Source: Saccostrea cucullata (Eukaryota). Taken from it: a stretch of DNA of 64,000 nucleotides. Position numbers and translations under genes: made by a program. Every line of letters begins with the position of its first letter. The first letter of the stretch is position 1. The stretch is from contig NW_026937360.1 in NCBI RefSeq assembly GCF_032062105.1, positions 434,001 through 498,000 on the forward strand, given 5' to 3'. A model generated the notes under the pieces. That model was not told where the DNA came from. It saw nothing but the letters and a program-made list of their open reading frames with translations, and ran no database searches. Positions 53,572 through 64,000 of this stretch are shown here, in pieces.

Positions 53572-55148
53572 TTCTGTATCTCATTATGCTGTGTACACAA
53601 TTTGTTATTAAGAATTCAGTTTTAAACAGCAATATGAAAAAGAGAATCGTATACATCTACATGTAATTAATAATTAACATTAATGGCTGTGAAAGGTGGA
53701 AAATGCTATTGAAATTTTTATATGTAGAAAGATCTCTATGTTTTATTGTGTTTTATATCATATTAGAGTAGACTGTTGGAGAAGGCAGGTTGATAAGGTT
53801 AAGGGCCTGTTGGTGTGTAATTTGGTGGCAGAGTATTTTTTAGCTTCTTTTGTATTTAGGTATACATGTACACAGCAAAACTTTGATAACTCTGTCAAAT
53901 GCATAAACTCTGGAATCTTGAACAGAGATATCTCAAATACATGTACTACAGATATGTCAAAAATATTTGAAAGTCAACAACACATTTTCTTTTAGACCCT
54001 TGAATATCCCAACAACAAAAATTAGGTCAAACTCCAACCAACTTTGAGATATTGAGATCAAATGTACTTGTCAATAAACAATAGATAAATGTAATTTTTG
54101 TTTGCTAAGTTAGGTAGAACCAGTAACTCATACTCATTGCAAAATTTATGTCTTGAAATGGATATGGTGAATATTGATTGAATTTGAATTTATGCAATGA
54201 AGCAATAATATATGTATTATTATATGTAGTTGACTTACGTACACTATTCTGCTTAGAGTAGGCTAGTGTTAATGTACAAATTTTATTTATGATTTTTTGT
54301 TACCTGTATGTTTAACTTGCTTGATTATTACAGCAGAAATACAATGTACAGAATCAAAGATTGATAAAAATGAAAAATGTGAATAATTTGTAGTTCTACA
54401 TATTTTTTTTTGTTTTAAAAACAGAGACATATTTGATATATGTATGTGTATATACTTACAATTTTTACTTCGTCTGCTTTTGTAAAACAAGTTTATATGC
54501 ACTTTGTATAGCTATTATCTTGACATAGTCTTTCCATTTAGTTCTTAAAAAGATATAATGTTATACCAATTTATGATTTTCACAGAAGCAACTTGTAGGG
54601 GGTGGGGACCAGAGCCATGTTTTTAACTGTGTTCAGAAGATAAATTGAAATAAAACAAAGTATTTGTCCCTTATAAAATCAAAGTATAGTATATTGTTCA
54701 CCCTAGGTTTGTATATTTACATTCAACATGTTCAATTTACATCACTGTCTTGGATGTGTTGGGGTTTGTAGTCATTATCATTGAAATGTGGCACTACATG
54801 ACTGTGTTTATATTCGTATTATCATTTCTTTCATATAAATGTATATGACTTCAAAATGCAATTTGTACATTGCCTTTGTGGCAGTTTGTTATTTATTTGA
54901 ATTTATTTGCTTTCATAAAAATAAAATTTAAAAAAAAACGTTTAATGAATGTATTTTTAAAACCAATTTAATAAGCTTTTGTTTGAGATCTCAGGAAGAG
55001 GATAATTTTTAAATATTTTTTCGGAAAAAATATGTTTGAACGATTGACTTTCATTACTACAATTTTGTCACAAATCCACAGAGTTCGCAATTATTTTAGA
55101 GTTATCCCGCTTTGATCAGAAAATAAACAAGGTAACCCCTAACTTGAT

Positions 55149-58100
55149 ATGCTAAGTACCAGTGTTATCAGGAGAAGTCCGAAACTCATTCATAACGTTT
55201 ATATCGCGCTTGTCCCAGGGTTTACGACCCATTTATTTTCATCGATGAGCAATTCACCCAGACCAAAAGTTTATGTCACTCGCAGAGTTCCGCAAGATGG
55301 GTTGGAGATCCTGCGACCACATTGTGACATCACCCAGTGGGACAGTGAGAAACCCGTCCCCAGAGCTGAACTCATTCGACAAGTAGCCGGAAAGGATGCC
55401 TTGTTTTGTTTGCTGACCGATAAGATTAACGCTGAAGTTTTGGATTCCGCAGGTATGTCTTACCGCTGTGTTTGTCAGTATTATAGGCCTACACAGTATA
55501 TACCTGTTTACAATTGAAATGGGCGGATCTAAGATTGCGATATAATATGAGTGTACACCTCTATACTACACAAGACTAAGTCTAAGTCTAATTTATTCTA
55601 TTGATTGATAAAATTTTGATTGGTATAAAGGGATATACCTTTTGCATTAATAATTAAACGATATAATAATAGTGATATGGGGATATTTTATCAACCAGGG
55701 ACAATATACTAAGTTACAGAGTTAGTATACACATATAGTTCCCTGTTATTAACGAATAGAATTTTTTTTTTCAAAGTCAAGTGTATGCGTATGATCCAAA
55801 ATAATACATGTAAATGAAAAGCTAAAAAATATCGGTAGAATTTTGCAAACTGATAATTTTACATATTGATTTAACATTTTCAAAATAAGCAATATTATAT
55901 TTTATTGTGAATTTAACAGAGAAGGATCAGGTTGAGTTGACAACATATACAACTCAACCTGTGGGTATTGTCTTTTAAACTTATTATAATCCTCCTCCAC
56001 ATGACATTTTAACCCTTTCTCTTCATTGATAAAACTATCCCTATACTAAAGTAATACAATCCTTGTTTATGTCTAAGTCGTCCTTGATATACGCAAGGCT
56101 TCTAATTTAACAAAACTAGAAACTTGTATGACCCCAACGACCAAAGATTACAACCAATAAAAATGAGTAGAGTACTGGAAAAATTTAAGGAATCACTGTC
56201 TAGTTAGTAGAGTATTCCAGGGCATCAACGATAGTGGGAAACATTGGATAAACTTTTCCAAATATCGTTGATCAATGATGTCCCTGACATACTCTACTAA
56301 CTAGAAAGCGATTCCTTATATTTATATTACAATGTGAAATAAAATTATAAATTTATATTTTAAAAATGTAGACTACTAGTAAATTAAAAACATGGATGTC
56401 AATTTCATTAGCCCCCACCCATATATTACGCCTTCTTAGGTCCTGACCTATCGCTTTGCGAAATAGTTACATTCTGGTAGAATGATAAAAGAACTATATG
56501 CGGTATATTGCATATATTTGCCCCCACAAAAGACAAATTTTGAAAACTTCCTGAAATGTGCTGAATTCAATAAATTATATTGAGAAATATAAATTGACAG
56601 AAAATATTATAGTGTCAAAGCAGTGTATTCTCAATTTTTGTTTTTATGACGTCACAAACTAGTCCGATTTTATATCCTTTTTCAGATAGAGGACAAAATG
56701 GACAAAATTTCTACAATTTTAGCTTTAAAATTTATAGAGCGCAAGTTTGTTCAGGAACAATATTGACATATTTCAGTGATGTTATCATTCTACATATTAT
56801 ATTAAAATATTTTATCCAAAGGAACACACATGCAGCTCGGTGACTTTTACTCAAAATATGACGAAATTTGTACATTACCCCTCTTTCTGTAATTGTTCAT
56901 AAAAAACTGAAATTTACGTCATGTTTGTGACGTCATTACGCACATATGGCGTCATTACTTATGAAAATATTCAGTGCTTTGAAGTCAGCATGTACTCCCC
57001 TGTTTAAGAACTTAATTAAATATATCTCCATCAAAGTTTGATTTTGGGGGCAAATATTGGTTATTACCGAATAAAGTTCTTTTTTTTCAATTTCCAATTT
57101 TTTTCTCTGTGATAACTCATTGAAAAGTTAGCGGAGTTGATTTCTTGATATTACTACTGGAATGTAAATTAGGCAGGTCGATACTAAGTTAAGAGCTAAG
57201 GAGGCCTTAAATATGCATGCAAATCTCGTGCGCATCTGTTTCTTTGTCTGACGCTAAGGAGACCAAATATGCATGTGAAAGTGTAACTTTCAAATAGTTA
57301 CACGCATCAAAAAGCATAGAAATGGAAATAATTATATCCTAGACGTATGCGACCTAATACGAGTGCATTACTTCAATTTACTTGCATTTTGCAAGTGACT
57401 GCATGTCTGCAATCAATTGATATTTATTTCAGGAACACATACATTGTATTTAATTAATGAATCCAGCGTGGATGAAGTAGCAATGCAGTTCATTTTATAT
57501 TATGCTCACAATCAAATTCATAATGTGTTTTATTTCATTATGACATTTAGGACCCCAGCTAAAATGTATTGGTACAATGTCAGTTGGATACGATCACATT
57601 GACATGGCCGAGTGTCGGGCGCGGAACATCCCAGTCGGTTTCACTCCGGACGTCCTGACGAATGCCACCGCTGAACTCACCGTCGGTCTTCTGCTCGCCA
57701 CGTCCAGGAGGCTCATAGAGGGTAATTACTCAGCTGTGTGCAAATAGTTATATGACTCTATCTTTCTGTACGATTTTTTTTAAAATTAGATTTATACAAC
57801 TCACTTTACCTGACCCTTATTTCAGCTTCCAAATCAGTCCGTGATGGCGGATGGGGAACGTGGGACCCGTTATGGATGCTGGGTCACGGATTAGAGGGCT
57901 CTACGGTCGGAATTGTGGGTCTGGGGCGTATTGGAATGGCAGTGGCCAGACGACTGGCTCCTTTTGGTGTGAGTAATTTTCTGTACAGTGGACATAATAG
58001 GAAAGAGGAAGCTTCGGAAGTGTTTGCAGAATTTACAGACTTTGACACTTTACTGTCAAAATCTGATTTTGTATTGGGATGTTGTGCGCTTACTAAAGAA

Positions 58101-58421
58101 AATCAAGGACTTTTTAACAAAAATGCGTTTTCAAAGATGAAATCCAACGCAATATTCGTCAACACAAGTCGAGGTGGACTAGTTAATCAGGAAGACTTGT
58201 TCGACGCTTTGAAGAGTCGACAAATCGCAGCAGCTGGATTGGATGTGACGTCACCGGAACCACTGCCGACTGAAAGTCCCTTACTTTCACTTGAGAACTG
58301 TGTTGTTCTTCCGCATATAGGAAGTGCCACAGAGAAAGCGAGAGGCGCCATGTCCGCGCTCACTGGACGAAATATATTAGCTTGTTTACGTGGAGAAAGC
58401 ATGCTTTGTCAAATAAAATGA
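55149..58421 (+). CDS. GRHPR: Glyoxylate reductase/hydroxypyruvate reductase (D-2-hydroxyacid dehydrogenase family), 356 aa, 3 exons
   Basis: Exons 55149-55452, 57551-57721, 57826-58421 (1071 nt). Motifs [31 protein letters not shown], Rossmann [34 protein letters not shown]. Confidence 0.95.
56187..56317. repeat. Imperfect palindrome (~29-bp arms) in GRHPR intron 1
   Basis: AAGGAATCACTGTCTAGTTAGTAGAGTAT / ATACTCTACTAACTAGAAAGCGATTCCTT; probably a transposon subterminal structure. Confidence 0.7.
56487..57085. mobile_element. Diverged MITE in GRHPR intron 1
   Basis: Imperfect ~40-bp inverted ends AAAAGAACTATATGCGGTA...ATATTTGCCCCCA / TGGGGGCAAATAT...TACCGAATAAAGTTCTTTT. Confidence 0.55.
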
Positions 58422-58793
58422 TATAATTATTGTGAATGTCAAGTTGTTTAGGTTTATTATTCTCATTTACCCAGGGCTTTGTACGTATAAAATTGATAAG
58501 TTCATAGTATACACATGCATGATTCTTTTTCGAAAAGTTGAAAATAAACTTGTAAAGTTTAGAACTGTTAATTAGATACCTATAGTTGAGAACTAATTTT
58601 GGTTGATACTGAAGATAAAAAAAGATGAAGGCATAAACAGATGAAAAACTACAAAATTCCATTTTGAAAATTATCAAAGTTCGTTCGAAGAACAAAAAAA
58701 AAACTACATGGAATGTACACAAACAGTCACGCAAAATCTTGAAATTAAAAAACACGTATTTTATTTCAAAATAAAAAAAACCCATAAATTACT

Positions 58794-60803
58794 TTACATC
58801 AAATTGGTAAACAAAAATACAAATAAAGTCAACAGTAAAATGAAATTGGAACACATTTGTTTTGTCGCTGCACTTCTCGAATCAACAATAAATAATTTGA
58901 AGCCGCCGTCCTTTGGCGGCCAAACTGTGGTCGTTGTGGGTCTTCTTGTGACGTCACCCGTGACGGGTTGTCGGCTGGGGTCATTTGTTGAAGATCCAAT
59001 CCCTGGTCCCATGAGGTGGGTGATGTTTTTAACAGCGGAAAGCAGCGGATATTTTCCTTGGTTGCAGTATTTCCCCGCAAAATCGTCTAAATCCAGAGAC
59101 CAAAACATCACACCACTAAAGTTATTATGAACAGCGTACTGGACCTGTATCAGTTTAAATCAAGACTTTTCATAATCTCATGAAACATAAATATTTGAAA
59201 TTAATATTGTCATTTTTCAGTTTTTTTATATTTTGCGATGAAGATCCGTTATTGTATAAGAGACACGGAATTGCATACATTCGTAAGTTTTGCATGTTTT
59301 CGTTACATGTACATATGTACAATGCCGTGGAATCGTCAAAAAATCGAGGGGACGTAATTTCATGTATTCACTTACACTCTGTATATATACGTATAGACTT
59401 CAAAAATGGAAATGTCGGAAAGCCCCAATTATTATTTCGTTGAGGGTGTGAATTCGTGGATGCAGGGTACCAACGAATTCCACGAATATTGAGCTATCAT
59501 AAATTTAAGGAAAAATATTCCTATACAAACCTTTAAAACAATAGTATCTGGGTCTTCGTATCCATACCACTGAGACCTATGATAACTGTACTTCTGTTTT
59601 TGTTCTTCGTCATACACTGTTTCATCTTTACTCATCTGACAAATCTAAAAGCGAATAGTTACCTTGATTTATTAAATTCATTGATATCATATTCTTGCAC
59701 ATTGTTTATATGTACATAAATCTACTTTTTCAAAAATCTATATGAAAGTTCATGTATGTCTGTTGTTGTCGACAACTTTTAAAAATTCAAAACGTTCGAT
59801 CGATAGGGGATAAATACTCAAACATGGTACCTAATCCCATGTATTGTATGATGTGTTTAGAGGTCCGTGTTCGCTCTTCTACATATTCATGATATTTGAA
59901 AAGTTTCAAAAGACTTTGAGCTTTATTACAGTTCATTAGCTCCATATTTCATTGTTATGCATTTAATAAATGAAACCGACTGTTACTAAAGGACTTGTAG
60001 TTTTTGTGTCATTTATACCACACACGTACCTCAGGATAAGCCAGCCGCCCCTCCACTTTAAGTAACGGTCCTTCCATACCAGCTTCGGATACTGCATCCC
60101 CCACACCGTGGTTGCTGTTATTTGCGAGGGTAAAACTTGACCCTGCACCGTGTAGACCCATGACAAGTTTTTCAGGTGGGGCCCCTAGTTCTAAATACTT
60201 GTTCATCGTCCAGTTCTGAAAATTTAATAAATTTCACTGATTAGAATAAATTAGTCGATTTTTCCATCTTACTTTTTCAAATCTTTAACAGTCAAAAACG
60301 TGCATATACATGTACATGTACGTTTAACAGTTTCAGGGAGTAATGATTGTATCGAGAGACTAATTTTATAATGACTTGAAATTCTAACTTAAAATTCATA
60401 GTTGAATTTTTTGATAATAATTTCAATTTCAATTTTAGAAATAAAAGGTAATGTGATTTTCAGCATACCTTAAGTGATACTGTATATAGGGCTATTTTCG
60501 CCCTTTCACACTTGCAAACAATTTTGTCCCGTTTTATATTCGCCCAGTCAAGGTTTTGTTTCGGAGAGCACTCTGTGTTCTTTTGCTTTTCCCCGTTTTA
60601 AATTCGCTCGTCACTTAAAAGGGCGAAAATAAAGCGGGATCGAAAATGTCCCTGTATACAGTATAATTGATAAACCAACCTGCGATAGAGTAGTGTCGAT
60701 ACTCAAATCTGAATACCGGGAATAGAGCGGTGCCATAAAACCAGTTTTGTGGCTCCAGGGTCCAAAATAGTCGTACGCCATTACGTTGATGAAATCGACA
60801 TAC
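58794..60803 (-). CDS. GH18 chitinase/chitinase-like protein, last four exons (5' part outside the window)
   Basis: Exons 60803-60680 (YVDFINVMAYDYFGPW..TG..APLY), 60215-60030 (GAPPEKLVMG...LAYPE), 59644-59531 (ICQ...QWYGYEDPDTI), 59144-58794 (GVMFWSLDLDDF.G..C..GKYPLL); all GT-AG and in frame. Confidence 0.93.
60480..60661. mobile_element. Small Tc1/mariner-type MITE (TA TSD)
   Basis: TA|CTGTATATAGGG ... CCCTGTATACAG|TA, with an internal TATTTTCGCCC / GGGCGAAAATA pair. Confidence 0.7.
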
Positions 60804-61417
60804 CTAAATAGATAATACATGATATTTTTGGTAAAATATGAACACTGTACTTGTACATAAGGCCATCCCAAATTATGCTTGGCGTCCGTGGACCGGGGGG
60901 CTAAGTGAAAGAGAAAAAAAAATCAAACCTACAAAAATAAACTTGTCAAGCAAAAAAGAAAGGAAAATGTGATTAAATTCTACATAACAACTCCCTATGG
61001 CCTAAAGAAGACGCCTTCATTGTCAAGTTCGTCGATGGTACAGGTGCTTGAGGACAGAACACCCTCCATTCGATATGGACCCTTGGACCTTTTCAACTTT
61101 TTTCTCATAAATTATCTTTCAATGACATATATGTGATATATACCAACAATTCGAAAAATTACCTAAAACAAACGTTTTATAAAATCTACCCTATATTCTA
61201 TATATAAATTATAGAGTGGGGTAAAAAAAAATTCCAAAATTTTCTGAATTAATTGACAGAATAGATTATATCACAAATGTGTCATCCATATATAATTTAT
61301 GTGAAAAAAGCGAAAAGGCCCGGGGGTCTACATCAGGGTCCTGATTTCGAGCACCTGTGTCGATGGCCGCAGATTTTATAGTCAGCAACAGTAGATGGCG
61401 CTTGATTCGATACTAAC

Positions 61418-63684
61418 CAGGTTGGGGGGAAACGTAAATTCCGCTATAATAGTGGTATCTCACTATTATAGTGCAATTACGCTATATTTCCTGCCGTAGA
61501 TACCCTCAATTTCATCCGATACCATGCAAGGTGTTTGAACCGCAAGTAGTTTGAACCGCAAGTCATAGTGGGTATTAAAATGATCAAAAACTGTCATGCT
61601 TGCATGTTTTGAATTTTATTAAATTTTCTACCGTTGCGAGCACTCTTTTTTTAACGGAAGTTGCATTTTTATCATAGCAACCGATGATTACAGGGTATTT
61701 AAGCCTGTTTGAATCTCATTTATTCCTCATTTAAGTGCACAAATTGATGCTTGTTACAATTGTCAACTCAGACTGGAAAGGGTTTATGGAATTAAACAAG
61801 AAAAAGATTATTTCTGTCTGCATGGTTACGGGTATGGAGGCCTGTTATGGTAAACGTAAAGACCCATTATTATCGGTCGCCGCTGCTGCGGCCGATCTTC
61901 TTGTGGTTGTGTTAGATTGTGCACATGGGAAATGAGAAGTTGTTTTTGTAATAGTTCAGTAAAATAATTCTTCATTGATAACATGTGGAAAATCATAAGT
62001 AAAATTTGCTTTAAACTAAATATTAATTGTTGTTATAATGTTTTAATTTCATTGTCATTTCTCATCAAGAAATTTGATAATTTTGACTATGTGAATAGAG
62101 TTTACAAAAGGTACTACATGTATATAGATATAAAAGGAAATTATGATTTTCCGGATGGTAATGACGTGGTACACAGTGCATGGTTAAAAAAATGAAAAAC
62201 TCTTCAACCAATAAAAATTGTTTTGAATATGTTACAGCTGCGAGTGATACAAGGATACTTTTGTTTCCACATTTTGCAAAGCGCCTTGCATCATAGCCTG
62301 TTCTGCAGAAACCAAGGGCATTATCACGTGATAAACATCCAGGGTATCTGCACGTTGTTCGCTCTTTTTAATTTTTGACTATCTTCAAAATAATGTAAAT
62401 AAATAATTGAAAAAAATAAGTAAATAGAGATTTTAATGCATTTGCTCATCAGATGGATTCGTCGATGTAATAAAGTCAATGATGAATAATATTAAGAATT
62501 TATTGAAGATGAAAATATACGCTTCTAAAGATTCTAGTTCAGCTTTGAATATCATGTGCTTCCATTGCATGGATATGCTTTCAAAATTGTGTAAGTACTT
62601 TTTTTTAACAAATGCTAAATTGTTTACGACCGCATTGATGTTTTGCATCAATTTTTAATTGTTGAAAATTTGAATTGAGTCAATGATATTTTAGACACTT
62701 TTTGCTGAATACTGAGCAGTGGCGATTGGTTATTTGATGTTTCCTTGTGGTTTAAACAACAACACTTTGTTATAAATCTAGAAGTCTGAAAAATTGATAC
62801 TTTTAGTGTGATTTTTTGCGATATACTTTCATTTCATATGAATATAATTAGATTTATATATTTTAATTTCGAATAACAAGAAAGAAAAAACCTACAGCTA
62901 TTTCTCTCAGATTTTAAAGTTAAATCGTTCTTGCCTAAGTGCATAAACATAAAGCGCCAATAAATAAGATACGTTTATGCGGAGTTTAAATGATGGTTAA
63001 TTAATAATTATTTGAACATGTGTTAAAATAAGGTTACAGGCACTCTTGTAAAATATTCCCGACACCAAAGTAAATTGAGTCTTTTTTCTGAAATAAACAA
63101 TTAACCAGCCGAAATTAAAAATTAGATGTGTTTTCTACGATCGTTTTTATAAGTATTTTTTGGATTATTTATTATAAATTGATTTTGTTAAGAAAATATA
63201 ATCGAGTTTATCAGTATACTCTTTTTTATGTTTGCCATATTGGGTCTTTACCTTTACCATAACAGGCCTCCATACCCGTAACCATGCAGACAGAAATAAT
63301 CTTTTTCTTGTTTAATTAAATAAACCCTTTCCAGTCTGAGTTGACAATTGTAACAAGCATCAATTTGTGCACTTAAATGAGGAATAAATGAGATTCAAAC
63401 AGGCTTAATACCCTGTAATCATCGGTTGCTATGTTAAAAATGCAACTTCCGTTAAAAAAAGAGTGCTCGCATTATTAAACGCAACGGTAGAAAATTTATT
63501 AAAATTCAAAACATGCAAGCATGACAGTTTTTGATCATTTTAATACCCATCATGACTTGCGGTTCAAACACTTTGCATGGTATCGGGTGAAATTGAGGGT
63601 ATCTACGGCAGGAAATATAGCGTAATTTCACTATAATAGTGAGATACCACTATTATAGCGGAATTTACGTTTCCCCCCAACCTG
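61418..63684. mobile_element. Non-autonomous DNA transposon, 2.27 kb, ~450-bp TIRs, 5-bp TSD
   Basis: 61418-~61866 is the near-perfect reverse complement of ~63241-63684 (CAGGTTGGGGGGAAACG...); CTAAC at 61413-61417 and 63685-63689; no transposase ORF recognised inside. Confidence 0.9.
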
Positions 63685-64000
63685 CTAACTGTAACAAGCA
63701 AATTCAAAGAATTGTGGTCCCCCGCTCTCGGTGTCTTTGTGGGTGAGATTACATTTTTATGACATTTTGTGTCAAATATGAACGCCCTATCATCACCCCT
63801 GTCAACGCGCGATCGGCAACGCGGATGCGATCGGCAACGCGGATAGCTAAACTCAACTACACGAGGAAGATGAGGTTAAATAAAACATTATTTTGTCCTA
63901 TTTCCTCGCAATTATCCTTCAACATTTCTGACTTTTAAATGCTACTAGACATGTTCAACACCTTAAAAGTCTCCTACGCATTAAAAATCACCATATATTA

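Noticed and set aside
58419-58451. Readthrough of the GRHPR TGA to a cryptic peroxisomal signal
   Set aside because: Context is TGA-TAT and the extension (YNYCECQVV*) does not end in a PTS1.

Overview
AT-rich, intron-containing animal genomic DNA. The repeat landscape (Deu/Nin-type tRNA-SINEs, Penelope-like RT relics, Helentron-like repeats, many MITEs) suggests a bivalve mollusc, probably an oyster; this is inference. I built five protein-coding genes by hand from GT/AG junctions and frame continuity: (1) a 2-exon innexin (+, 20951-25772, 407 aa); (2) a ~16-exon orphan type-I membrane receptor with one atypical Ig-like domain and a tyrosine/proline-motif-rich tail (-, 42553-28753, ~462 aa), almost invisible in the ORF track; (3) a 6-exon ankyrin-repeat protein (+, 51316-53571, 216 aa); (4) GRHPR (+, 55149-58421, 356 aa); (5) the last four exons of a GH18 chitinase-like gene with a probable GPI signal (-, 60803-58794). 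The best candidate for new biology is programmed stop-codon readthrough of the innexin: TGA-CTA followed by an open 26-codon extension ending in a class I PDZ ligand (-TQV). Second is the modular ITAM/ITIM/Grb2/SH3-motif receptor, where splice-site architecture could give soluble and inhibitory isoforms. No database searches were run; all models need RNA-seq confirmation.
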